Of a stretch of 63,032 nucleotides of DNA, positions 1 to 9,387 are shown one piece after another. The notes under the pieces were generated by a model that was given only the letters and a program-made list of their open reading frames with translations, had not been told where the DNA came from and made no database searches. A program made the translations under genes and the position numbers. The DNA comes from a virus (lineage: Duplodnaviria; Caudoviricetes), in IMG/VR virus record IMGVR_UViG_3300010373_000009, positions 1-63,032 of that record. One strand, written 5' to 3'. The first letter of the stretch is position 1; each line of letters starts with the position of its first letter.

Positions 1-123
1 CATACCGGCATCGCGGCCCTCTTCCGTCCCGTACCTGTCTATCTGGGATTGAGGATCGATCAACGCGAGATAACGGTCACCCTGCTGGATAGAGTTAAGA
101 AGTTGTTTCTTTAGTTCCAGCAA
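1..123. repeat. Terminal direct repeat, left copy (circular assembly overlap)
   Basis: 1-123 (CATACCGGCATC...TTCCAGCAA) is identical to 62910-63032 and lies inside a reading frame that continues across the join. Confidence 0.97.
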
Positions 124-1137
124 ACCGTAGTCGGCCGGGTCCTTAAACGGGGTATCGGGAGGTTTTTTGGAAATCTGCTCTAGGCGAGGAATAGCCGAAC
201 GCGGTTGTGAGAAGTCCTGAAGAGCCTGTTCTTCCTCCGGAGTACGATATCCACGGCGCACTTCGACCGTGTGCTCGGCCATACCCGGTTGGTTAAGGAA
301 CGTCTGGTCAGATTGTAACCGCCTCTGCTGCTCGGGAGTAAGGTGAGAGAGAACATCCTGAGGAAACTGTTTGATCTTCTCCGCCGCAGCCTGATGTCTG
401 TCGGATTGAATCTCTTCTACCAATCGGGCTGTCGGACTAGTCGCCTTCTCGGCATCCGAGAGGTAGGCTGCCCCGCTGGCCTGAGTTACGGGATCGACAT
501 AATGCCTGGTCGTCCGAGACCACGAGAGATCGCGTGGAGAGAAGTGAGAGGGAAATGTTCCGAAATCCTTCGAAGTGGTTATATTCTCTTCGTAACTATT
601 CGGTACTCCTGGGGTATGAGCCCAATCGGGATAGAATGCGTCGCCGAATTCGGGTCCTCCGCGCGTCCGCTTGCCTCCTAACTCGGCGAGGGCGCTTATC
701 TCTGGCAGTCGCGCTGATACGGCCTTCGGCGTATTCGATCCCTGCATGCGGGCGTAAATGTTAAATCCGGGGCGATTCCGATGCAGGTGTTCCAGAAGAA
801 CATCCTTCGAGAGTCTCATGTCGGTTGGGTCTATCGGGCTATGCAAGACCGAGGCGAGGTTGTTTCGAGCCTCATCAGTTCCTTCCGACCCGAAGGCATT
901 TAACAGACCTGGCAGACCGGAATAGCGAAGCTCCTCAGCTTTCAGTGGGAACTGATGGCCGTTGCGGGTAACGGTTAGGCCGGGCTTTAGGTAATTCTGC
1001 CACTGCTGTGCCGGGGCCTTCTCGAACGGAGCCGCGCGAACGGCCTCGTCGAGGGTGGAGAAGAACCCAAGCTGGGGGAGCTTGTTCTTTAGGTACTGGA
1101 GTACCGCGTCGAATTCACCTGCGTTTGGCATACTCAT
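1..1137 (-). CDS. N-terminal 379 aa of a large putative internal virion/ejection protein that continues across the circular join into 61221..62909 (about 941 aa in total)
   Basis: Missing from the ORF track. Manual reading from ATG at 1137 (MSMPNAGEFDAVLQYLKNKLPQLGFFSTLDEAV...KAEELRYSGL...LVEEIQSDRHQ...PDTPFKDPADYGLLELKKQ) finds no stop to base 1 and is in frame with 61221..63032. Confidence 0.88.
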   Translation of the reverse strand, partial: MSMPNAGEFDAVLQYLKNKLPQLGFFSTLDEAVRAAPFEKAPAQQWQNYLKPGLTVTRNGHQFPLKAEELRYSGLPGLLNAFGSEGTDEARNNLASVLHSPIDPTDMRLSKDVLLEHLHRNRPGFNIYARMQGSNTPKAVSARLPEISALAELGGKRTRGGPEFGDAFYPDWAHTPGVPNSYEENITTSKDFGTFPSHFSPRDLSWSRTTRHYVDPVTQASGAAYLSDAEKATSPTARLVEEIQSDRHQAAAEKIKQFPQDVLSHLTPEQQRRLQSDQTFLNQPGMAEHTVEVRRGYRTPEEEQALQDFSQPRSAIPRLEQISKKPPDTPFKDPADYGLLELKKQLLNSIQQGDRYLALIDPQSQIDRYGTEEGRDAGM

Positions 1138-1139
1138 CT

Positions 1140-2927
1140 CTACTGGCTAGGAGTAGATACCGCACCCGGCAGCGCGCCGGCTCCCGCTCCCCCGAGAACT
1201 GCACCCGCCGCGCCGACGTTGCGACCTATCGCTTGGCCCGAGTTCATGCGTCGCGAGAGCGCTTCGAGGCTCATCAGCTTATCGGCGCCCTGCCGGCCTT
1301 GCAGGCGCATTATATCAGAGACCGGTCCGCCCGGTATTTTCGGGGCGCCGAGCACGTCGATAAAGCTCCGGATCGCGGCGAGCTTCGGATTGATGCTATG
1401 TGACGCTGACTTAGCGATCGTACCGGCGACGCCGGGGCCTCCTTGTATCGCCATACGCGCGCCTCGCTGTCCCTGGGAGAGCAGCCCGCGTGTCCGAGAG
1501 AACATATCCGCTTCGCGCTGGAGGCCCGCGATAAAGGCTTGGGCTTTCTTCGGGTCATCGAACATCGCAGCGAGCTTCGCCTTCATATCCGAGGTACCCA
1601 TTATCGCGAGCGCCGGGTTTCCCTGCTTGACGTTACCGATCTGCCGAAACAGATATTCGCCAACCCCAGAGCGATAGGCGTCGCGGGCAGAGAAGGACAT
1701 TGCCCCGATCTTCGCCCGGACCTGCTCCGGGGTCAGCTTCTTAAAATCATTCAACCCGTCATTTAGGGCGCCGAGGACTTCCGCATCACTCTGGTATTGC
1801 TGCCTAGCGGCCTGATAGGGAGAGCCGCCGGTCGGCAGGGTAGTTGCCGTATCTAACTCGTTTACGAGTCGATCGCGCATACCACCGAGCAACCGCGCCT
1901 CGTTATTATTCCCGGCACGCCGAGCACCCCCGACCTGATCGTCTAAGGCTCGCTTGACGTAATCGAGGAACTGAAGCGACGGCTTTCTTACCATACCCAT
2001 GACGTCCGGCTTGCCCGGCAGCAGTCCATCCATCTGCATTAGCTGTGCAGCCTTCTTCGCTGCCGCCTTTCCCGGCTTAGTCTTTAGGATGTTTAAGAGT
2101 TCCTGAGATTGGATGGCCGGGAACTGAGCATACGCTTGCTGATAGAGAGGCTTCGCGTTGGTCTTCAGGGCCTGTACGAGCTTCGTCTGCTCCGCTCCAA
2201 ACGGTGTCGACGGCGCGAGCCCTTGGTTTACGGCGTCCTCGACTCGCCCCGCCGTTCCGGCTTGTCGCTGCCCGAGCTGTGTGGCGAAAGCCTGTGACTT
2301 TAGATCCGGCTGGGCGAGCGCCGTCTGCGCGAGTGCCTGACCGCGAGGCCCCATTACGTCTGCGATCGTTTCCTGGTTAGGAACTGGGCCGCGCGCACCC
2401 GCCCGCATCTGTTGGGCAAGAGCCTTTAGCCGGGCGGAAGCCGCGCTAGCGTTCCCCTCGTCCTCTAGTACAGTCCGGGCTACTAGCCTATCGGCCGGCT
2501 TGCTCCCGAGGGTCGCTATACGCTCCGCGAGAGGCCCGGAGAGCCGGCCAAAGACCGCTGCCGGGGCGCCGAGGCCGACCCCCGCCAAAATCTCCTCCGG
2601 ATGCCCGCTAGAGATCGCGTGCGGGGTCGCTGCGGCCCCTCCTGCGACCCCCCCGGCCGTCGCAGAGCCGATTACGGGGTGGTCAGCGATAAAGGACCGT
2701 AGCCGCCCGAGAGCATCGCCAAGGATCGGGTAACGGCGCCCGATTAGAGCCGCAGCCCCAGCCCCTACGGCTCCGGCGCCGAGTAGCTCAGCGGTATGCA
2801 GTGCGGTCGAATCCTTCGTGACTGCCGGGACCGGAGTGGTCGAGGTTGGGGGGGTAACCGCCTGAGCCTGCGCCGGCTCACTCGGATCGCCGTACTTGTT
2901 TACAAAATAGTTGGTAGGATCACCCAT
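1140..2927 (-). CDS. Putative internal virion (ejection/DNA-delivery) protein
   Basis: 595 aa, Ala/Gly-rich and helical, with hydrophobic Gly-Ala stretches. Lies at the distal end of a podovirus-like structural operon. Confidence 0.6.
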   Translation of the reverse strand: MGDPTNYFVNKYGDPSEPAQAQAVTPPTSTTPVPAVTKDSTALHTAELLGAGAVGAGAAALIGRRYPILGDALGRLRSFIADHPVIGSATAGGVAGGAAATPHAISSGHPEEILAGVGLGAPAAVFGRLSGPLAERIATLGSKPADRLVARTVLEDEGNASAASARLKALAQQMRAGARGPVPNQETIADVMGPRGQALAQTALAQPDLKSQAFATQLGQRQAGTAGRVEDAVNQGLAPSTPFGAEQTKLVQALKTNAKPLYQQAYAQFPAIQSQELLNILKTKPGKAAAKKAAQLMQMDGLLPGKPDVMGMVRKPSLQFLDYVKRALDDQVGGARRAGNNNEARLLGGMRDRLVNELDTATTLPTGGSPYQAARQQYQSDAEVLGALNDGLNDFKKLTPEQVRAKIGAMSFSARDAYRSGVGEYLFRQIGNVKQGNPALAIMGTSDMKAKLAAMFDDPKKAQAFIAGLQREADMFSRTRGLLSQGQRGARMAIQGGPGVAGTIAKSASHSINPKLAAIRSFIDVLGAPKIPGGPVSDIMRLQGRQGADKLMSLEALSRRMNSGQAIGRNVGAAGAVLGGAGAGALPGAVSTPSQ

Positions 2928-4366
2928 TACTGAATCTCCGAGGGCAGATACCCATACGCCGCCTTAAACTGTTCCGGTAGGTCGGGGTGTGCCTTTAGCA
3001 GCGCCGGGTTACTAAGATCAGAAACGGCCTGAGCCGGTGCGGGTGTTAGGATCGAGCGAACGTAAGGCTGCTTGATATGCGCATAGAACTCTCTATCGGC
3101 CATCTTCTTGTGACGAGTATAGGCATCGGTGCCTTCATCGAAGTTCGCGAGTCCTACTCCAGCCTCGTACTGGTCCTTAAGCGTATCGAATTGAGCGCTG
3201 AGGAGCTTCCTATACCAGTTTAAGACGTCATGCGTAACGGGCTTCGCAAAGTCGGAATTGATCCGCTGCTCGTTCGCTTGACGTTCCGTTACACCACTCG
3301 TCGCGAGGACCGCGCTTGAGAGTTCGGAAGCGACGATACCTTGAATGGCATGGAATACCGCCGGCGCCGACTGACCGGTTACGTTCAGCCCGAGGTAGTT
3401 CCCGAGCTGATTTAGCTTCGTCACGTCCCCATTATGCAGTGCGTCTACCGCACTGTCGAGCGTATGCATGTGAAGAATTGCTCGCTCCAGGGACCCCATC
3501 TTCGTCGCATCCTTGCCCGCCGAGAAATCATTACGGGTGCGCTGAATCTGAGGATAAATTGTCGCATCGTAATTCGGGTTGTTCTGCATTACAAGGTCCA
3601 TCGTAGCCGGTCCCGTGCTCCCCGGCCGAGTCAGTGCATATCCGGTAATAGGGGGCAACTTGTAATCCGCAATCTGCTGAGCCATTACCGGATCGGCCGC
3701 GCCGAGATCGGAGAACGGCTCTCCCTGGGGGATCGTCTGGTGGCTCTTCGGGTTAAACAGTACATTCTGTTTTCGGTTGCCCGAAAGAGGAATGGTTTTA
3801 AGCTGCCACGAGGCGTTCGCCGCTGCATCGGGGCGCGCGAGCACGCCGAGCGCTCCCTTAGCCAGCGCCCCCTGTTGAGCTTCGTGCAACTCTTGAAGTC
3901 GCAGCTTCGCATTTAAGAGGTTCTGATCAACCCCTTCCTCGCGTTGATCGAGACCGAGACCCGTACCGAACTTCTCCATTTCGAGCTGACGTTGCTTCTC
4001 GGCCATGTCCTTCTCGGCACCCGCCCAATTCGCGAGAGAGTCACCGAAGTTCCCGGTACGTGTCGGCGAGAGAAAGGCTTGGGCGATGGCGAATTGCCGC
4101 TCCTGCGGTGTAATATTCAGTGCCATCAACCGCTGCCGCGCCGCTTGGAGTGCCGCCTTCGCTTGCTCCGCGTTCTGGGAGTAGTCCTTCAGAAGCGACT
4201 GCTCTCCAGAGACATCTTTACCGGAGAGCGTCTGTTTTAGGATCTGGGTAGCGTACTGCCGCCCTTCGGCACTCGATGGGGGATTGGCGAGGGTCGCCAG
4301 TGCGCCGAGAGCTTCAGAGTCGCCAGAGCCCTCGTCTTCGAGCATGCTGGTATCTTCATCACCCAT
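2927..4366 (-). CDS. Putative internal virion/ejection protein
   Basis: 479 aa with a Gln/Ala-rich coiled-coil N-half. Translationally coupled to both neighbours. Confidence 0.55.
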   Translation of the reverse strand: MGDEDTSMLEDEGSGDSEALGALATLANPPSSAEGRQYATQILKQTLSGKDVSGEQSLLKDYSQNAEQAKAALQAARQRLMALNITPQERQFAIAQAFLSPTRTGNFGDSLANWAGAEKDMAEKQRQLEMEKFGTGLGLDQREEGVDQNLLNAKLRLQELHEAQQGALAKGALGVLARPDAAANASWQLKTIPLSGNRKQNVLFNPKSHQTIPQGEPFSDLGAADPVMAQQIADYKLPPITGYALTRPGSTGPATMDLVMQNNPNYDATIYPQIQRTRNDFSAGKDATKMGSLERAILHMHTLDSAVDALHNGDVTKLNQLGNYLGLNVTGQSAPAVFHAIQGIVASELSSAVLATSGVTERQANEQRINSDFAKPVTHDVLNWYRKLLSAQFDTLKDQYEAGVGLANFDEGTDAYTRHKKMADREFYAHIKQPYVRSILTPAPAQAVSDLSNPALLKAHPDLPEQFKAAYGYLPSEIQ

Positions 4367-5391
4367 TAGGCTACTCCTCCGGCCGCGCTAGTCCCGCTTG
4401 GGGCATTAAGCGCCGAGTATATGCCAATCGCTTGCGAGAGCGGCGAAGCCGAGTAAGCCGGTGCATATCCCGTGCCCGCCGTCGTCGAGCTATGAGGCGT
4501 CGTCGCCGGTGTCGCAGTACCCGAAAGCATCTGTTGCAGCCAGGAAAGCTGCTGATACGGCCACTGCTGCTGTTGCTGGAATTGCGTATTCGCCGCGTTA
4601 AGGTTCTGCTGATTAAGCTGTTGCTGTTCGAGCCCGGCCGTATCGAGCGCGCCGTAACCCTGCAAGGCAAGGTTCTGATTAAGCTGTCCGAGCTGACCCA
4701 TCGTGTTCGCGCCTTGCAGCCCGAGGACACCCTGTTCGTATCCGAGACCGCCCGCGATCTGGCCGAGCGCTCCGGTTTCGGACGCCGCCTGGAGGCCCGC
4801 ACCTTGCGCCTGACTATAGCCTTGAGAGAGCGCCGAGTTCGCAGTATTCTGAATATTCTGAGTGATCTCGTTCGCACCCTCGTTCGCGGCCCTCTCGTTC
4901 GCCGACGATCCGAACTGGCCTGCGCGGGTAAACTGGTTATTGATCTGCGGCTGAAGCTGCTGATTCCAATACTGCGTCGCCTGCGTCTTGGCTTGGTTAA
5001 TTACGTTCTGCTCATACGGATTCATCATCGCCGCGGTCGGCGAGAGAGCGCTGGAAACGTAATTCGAGGCTGTCGGCAGATACCCCGTTGCCTGAGAGAG
5101 CGCGGACGGATTCGCCGCACTGCTCGCCATCTGCTGCGCTTGCGTAAGCGCGGGCTGGTATTGCCCGATCGCGCCCGCAATACCCTGCTGGGCCTGTGTC
5201 TGGTACGGAGTAAACCCCGCGACCTGCGGCACCGGCGATGCCTGGTAGGGCTGCGATGCGACTGACGCGGCCGAGGAGAGAATCCCCTGGGCGTAATCCT
5301 GCAACCATTGCGGGGTCTGCGTCGCCGACTCGCCGTACTGGGTTGTCGAACTCGGCGGCTGACCTTGGAACAAGAAGTCGAGCGCGCTCAT
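4366..5391 (-). CDS. Putative pilot/ejection protein (Gln/Ala/Gly-rich)
   Basis: 341 aa with PQW..Y, VAGFTP.Q and NPY..NVI motifs and QQQWPYQQL, typical of podovirus DNA-transfer proteins. Coupled to neighbours. Confidence 0.6.
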   Translation of the reverse strand: MSALDFLFQGQPPSSTTQYGESATQTPQWLQDYAQGILSSAASVASQPYQASPVPQVAGFTPYQTQAQQGIAGAIGQYQPALTQAQQMASSAANPSALSQATGYLPTASNYVSSALSPTAAMMNPYEQNVINQAKTQATQYWNQQLQPQINNQFTRAGQFGSSANERAANEGANEITQNIQNTANSALSQGYSQAQGAGLQAASETGALGQIAGGLGYEQGVLGLQGANTMGQLGQLNQNLALQGYGALDTAGLEQQQLNQQNLNAANTQFQQQQQWPYQQLSWLQQMLSGTATPATTPHSSTTAGTGYAPAYSASPLSQAIGIYSALNAPSGTSAAGGVA

Positions 5392-7640
5392 TTCTGCTCC
5401 TTACCCTTTCCGAGATACGACTCTGGGGGTTTGGCCTTCATGAACTGCTTCCCTCGGACTAACTGCCGGCCGGCATGCTTGCGCAGATTCTCACGGAGCT
5501 GATCGAGCCGCCGCGCACCCGCCTCATTCGATCCGTTGCCGAGCATCGCGACTGTACCGGCGTCCATCACGTATTCCCCATCCGAGAGCCGGGCCGGGAT
5601 GTCGTCGGAGGTACCATCCCCAGGACCCTCGACATAGTGCTGATTCGAGCCTTCCGCGAAATCGAGCGCCCCACCGTGCGACATCACCGTCGGTTGCATC
5701 GGTGCTCCCATCATAGGAGTGCCTGGTGAAGACGGAGAGGCTCCCGGTTCTTGTGAGGCCGGCGAGAAGCCTTCGACGTAAGGGAGCCGGTTATTAGTAA
5801 AGAACTGCTGTTCGGGGTGCTCCCCGTAGGTATACCAGTCATAGTTCGACGGGAACTGAACCTCTTGCCTCTGGTAGGTTGGGGTCGAATACGGGTGACT
5901 AGGCCCCGACGCCATGCCAGCAGGCGGCGCGATCGGCTGTGCCTGCTTCGAGTTCGTCGCGCCGGTTGCGGCCCCGATGAGGGGCAAAAGCCACCCGTAG
6001 CTCTTCGCAAGTTGGCCTAGGGTTTGCCCGATGTTCGACCCTCCGGAACCGCTGCTGCTCCCTAGGAGATGTGAAAGCCACGAGCCGCTTGAGCCGGAAC
6101 CCCCACCCGTTGCTCCCGTGCTATCCATAGCAGTCTGATCGGCTCCGCTCGAATCAAAGCCCGTCGAGAAGTCCGACCCATAAGGATTCGTCGGATCGAG
6201 TGAGTAATCGATCGAGGTTAGATCGGGGTAGGAGTCGCCGCCGTCCCCGCTAAGCGAGAAGTTAAGGTCAGAGCCGTCACCTCCCCCTCCGAGGTCGAAA
6301 TAATCCGACGTATCGCCTCCCGTATCGAAGTGGGGAAGGGCACTCTGCATTCTCTTCTTCATGCTTCCACCTTCAGCGGCGCCTTTCTGCTTCGCCGCGA
6401 GATATGAGGCTACTCCCGCTCCACCCGCAGGGGTAGAGTTCATTGAATCAAAATATCCAACGCTCGCTCCGCCGTAAGGAGTCCCACGGATCAGAGCTTG
6501 CGAGGGACCCGCGTTTAATCCGAGGTAGGGCTGCAATTCTGGGTCGGTCTGACCCGCTATGCCAATCTGGGATTGATTCGTGAGATTCCCAGACATATAG
6601 TCCCCGACGAGACCCTCAAGCGAACCGTTTAGGATACCGGCTTCTCCACTTGCCGCGCCGGTAATCCCCTGACCGCCCGTCTCTTTCGAAAGCCACGGCT
6701 GAACTACACCCGAGTAGACGTCAGCCGCGGACTCGCCGGGAGTGATCTGCCCGGCATTATACGCCTGGTTGATCTGCCCCGCTATCTGTGTAAGGAGATT
6801 CTGTTCTCCCATGCGCCCGAAGGTCGCTTCGATCGGCTGCTCGCTATTCCCGCTGTGATTCTTCGCATCCATCGCCCCCGCTAAGAGCTGGTAATCCTGC
6901 GAGGGAGAGAGAGTGGAGAGAGCCGATTGAGCTTCCTGCGGACTCTGGTTGTAGAGCTGAGAATATTCCCCGCTTAGATTGTGAAGCTCGTCGCTCTCCG
7001 GATCGTGTCGGCCACCCCCGAAGGCCGAAGAGAGCGCGCCAGCCGCGCCACCTACGAGACCTCCAATTAATGTACCGATTCCGGGCAGTACAGATCCTAT
7101 CGCGGCGCCCGTCTCCGCACCTTGCATGGCATCGGAACCGGTATTTCCCGACTGCCAGTTCTTCCCGAAGTTATAGAGATCAAGGGGGATCGCCGCATAG
7201 CCAAGACCCTGCATCCACGGCCCGGCAGTTGCCGCGTCCATAGCTCCGGATTCAACGGCTCCCTGTAAGCCGAGTCTCCCGAGATCGAGCGCGCCCTGAG
7301 CCTCGCCGGTCGGAGTCCCGCTCTCGAAGCCCTGATAAGCACCGAGCGCACTACCCGCCATCCCGGTATAGGGTGAAACGCCGGGTTGGTTTCCAGTAAA
7401 CTGACCATAGAGATTCGCAGCGTTTATTCCAGCCTTACCGTATCCCTCCAAGCCCCCCTGGGTTAACCCAGAGTAGATGCCTCCCGCCTCGTTGATATCT
7501 CCGAGACCCGTATTGATCTGAGAGAGCGCCGAGGGTCGGCCATAGGTATACGGTCGCGGTTGATAGCCGCTCGACGGGTACCCGTTCGACTGATAGGTCG
7601 TCGGCATGCTCAGATCGAGTTGTCCGGCAGGTGTACTCAT
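5388..7640 (-). CDS. Gly-rich putative internal virion protein with C-terminal GPGDGTSDDIPARLSDGEYV module
   Basis: 750 aa with a glycine-zipper segment (GAAIGSVLPGIGTLIGGLVGGAAG). The C-terminal GPG.GTSDxIPAxLSxGEYV motif recurs in phage virion proteins. Confidence 0.65.
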   Translation of the reverse strand: MSTPAGQLDLSMPTTYQSNGYPSSGYQPRPYTYGRPSALSQINTGLGDINEAGGIYSGLTQGGLEGYGKAGINAANLYGQFTGNQPGVSPYTGMAGSALGAYQGFESGTPTGEAQGALDLGRLGLQGAVESGAMDAATAGPWMQGLGYAAIPLDLYNFGKNWQSGNTGSDAMQGAETGAAIGSVLPGIGTLIGGLVGGAAGALSSAFGGGRHDPESDELHNLSGEYSQLYNQSPQEAQSALSTLSPSQDYQLLAGAMDAKNHSGNSEQPIEATFGRMGEQNLLTQIAGQINQAYNAGQITPGESAADVYSGVVQPWLSKETGGQGITGAASGEAGILNGSLEGLVGDYMSGNLTNQSQIGIAGQTDPELQPYLGLNAGPSQALIRGTPYGGASVGYFDSMNSTPAGGAGVASYLAAKQKGAAEGGSMKKRMQSALPHFDTGGDTSDYFDLGGGGDGSDLNFSLSGDGGDSYPDLTSIDYSLDPTNPYGSDFSTGFDSSGADQTAMDSTGATGGGSGSSGSWLSHLLGSSSGSGGSNIGQTLGQLAKSYGWLLPLIGAATGATNSKQAQPIAPPAGMASGPSHPYSTPTYQRQEVQFPSNYDWYTYGEHPEQQFFTNNRLPYVEGFSPASQEPGASPSSPGTPMMGAPMQPTVMSHGGALDFAEGSNQHYVEGPGDGTSDDIPARLSDGEYVMDAGTVAMLGNGSNEAGARRLDQLRENLRKHAGRQLVRGKQFMKAKPPESYLGKGKEQK

Positions 7641-7864
7641 AGAGACATCGCCCGGTTAAAAAGGAAAGCCCACTCTCGCCAATCTGAGAAGACACTCGCA
7701 AGCGGCGGTCGCTTGCGCGCGATCGAGGGGACCCGGAGAATCAGAGCAGCCCATTCCTTCCAGTCCTGGTCCTGAGCGGGAATCGGCACATCATCGACCA
7801 TAGGGAGGCGCCCGCGAGTCAGTTCGGCCCACTCCGTAAACTGCATGTAACGCGGATCGATCAC
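7637..7864 (-). CDS. Small Trp-rich hypothetical protein
   Basis: 75 aa (FTEWA...DWKEWA...FSDWREWA) with 4-bp overlaps to both neighbours. Confidence 0.7.
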   Translation of the reverse strand: MIDPRYMQFTEWAELTRGRLPMVDDVPIPAQDQDWKEWAALILRVPSIARKRPPLASVFSDWREWAFLFNRAMSL

Positions 7865-9384
7865 TGGGTAAATCTCCCGGTCGTCGGTTCGATATGAACC
7901 ATGGCACGTCCGTACTCGTAGTCACCTCCGAGGACGTTAGATTCAAACTTGAAGCGCAGCAGGCGATCTTCAGCCTTAATCTCAATCATCTGATCGTCTT
8001 GCGCAGTAACCGGAGGCTGCGGGAAGTCCTGCTGAGCTAACTGTGTCTCGGCTACGCGCGTATTCGCCCGGCCGAGAAGAGTCATCCGCAATGTCCCCCT
8101 CTGGTTAAAATCGGGTTCTACGATCGAGACACGGAAAGCCTTGTCCTCCGGCTTCGGCGCCGAGAGCGGCGAAATCGTATGAGTGGTAAAAGACGAGCGG
8201 ATCGGGAAGACCTTGCCAGGCCGCACCTTATCGACCCCGATCTCGTGTTGCCAGAGGGTAAAGCCTGTCTGTGTGGCATCGACATCGCACATGAAGGGAC
8301 GCTGAAAGACTTTTGCGAATATCGCAGCCGACCGGCCCCCATCGGGTAGAGGCGTATTGTACCAGATATTTAGTCGAGTGTTATAGATTACAGCATGATT
8401 GCACTCCTGAGAGTTACCGAACGGGAAACACCACCAAATCTCTCCCCAGGCAGGCACTTTGAACGCAAAAACCTTCTGACGTTGAGCAAAATTAAGATTC
8501 TTGAAGAAAAAGTTAATGTTCAGGTTATTCGGCAGCTCCTTGACGATACCGTTATAGAGCATGAACCGATCGACTCCGGCCCAGTAGTAAATCGAGTCAA
8601 ACTCGATAGCCGACCGAGATGAGAGGATCGAGACGCTATCCGAGATCGTCGAGAAATCAAACGGGATACCCTGCGTCAACGAGGCATCGAAGGTCAGTAG
8701 GACTAACGCATCTAAAGACCAGAGCAGTCCAGCGGGACCATTCGAACCCGCAAGGGGGAGGCCGCAGACAATCTTCTGATCCGTAACGAACGCCGAGTCA
8801 TTCGGAAGGGTAGGGTCGTTGACCTTCGAGACATCGACACGTCCGGAGTTAGAGAACGCGATAAAGTACGGCGGTAGAGCTATTACTCCACCACTTACCG
8901 GGTCCATACCACTCGCGACGAGTAAGCCGGCCTCATTCGCTACGCCGTAATAGAAAGGAAGCTCAGCACTGCTCGCGATATCAGTCAGGTTTTTGCCTGG
9001 ATGCGCAATGATATAGGTCGAACCCCCTACCTCGTTGTAGAACTGGTCGAGCATCCAGAGAGTATTGGCATCGGGCACGTAAGCGGCCGGTGTCCGATCT
9101 ACCATATTGCCGGGAGAACCGTTTAGGTCCGTCTGGACCTGGAGGATGTGCCCCTCACTCCCTAGATGCAGGTAATTCGTCGCGTCCGACATATAGGACT
9201 CGATCGCGCGCACCACCTCAGGGAGATCGGCCGTAACCTGGGTAAATCCCGCCATCTTGCGGGGAAGTGCCCGAGCATTAAAACGACACCACTCCCCGTC
9301 TGTATAGTTCTGACCCTCGAATAGGGTCGAGTCCTTCTTGATACCCGGTTGAGAGACGAGCGGTATCGGTTGCGGCGTAGTCAT
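7861..9384 (-). CDS. Tail nozzle / packaged-DNA stabilisation-like protein (probable beta-propeller)
   Basis: 507 aa, beta-rich, with GEIWWCFP...NHAVIYN. Position between fibre and ejection genes matches P22 gp10/T7 gp12-like genes. Confidence 0.6.
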   Translation of the reverse strand: MTTPQPIPLVSQPGIKKDSTLFEGQNYTDGEWCRFNARALPRKMAGFTQVTADLPEVVRAIESYMSDATNYLHLGSEGHILQVQTDLNGSPGNMVDRTPAAYVPDANTLWMLDQFYNEVGGSTYIIAHPGKNLTDIASSAELPFYYGVANEAGLLVASGMDPVSGGVIALPPYFIAFSNSGRVDVSKVNDPTLPNDSAFVTDQKIVCGLPLAGSNGPAGLLWSLDALVLLTFDASLTQGIPFDFSTISDSVSILSSRSAIEFDSIYYWAGVDRFMLYNGIVKELPNNLNINFFFKNLNFAQRQKVFAFKVPAWGEIWWCFPFGNSQECNHAVIYNTRLNIWYNTPLPDGGRSAAIFAKVFQRPFMCDVDATQTGFTLWQHEIGVDKVRPGKVFPIRSSFTTHTISPLSAPKPEDKAFRVSIVEPDFNQRGTLRMTLLGRANTRVAETQLAQQDFPQPPVTAQDDQMIEIKAEDRLLRFKFESNVLGGDYEYGRAMVHIEPTTGRFTQ

Positions 9385-9387
9385 CTC

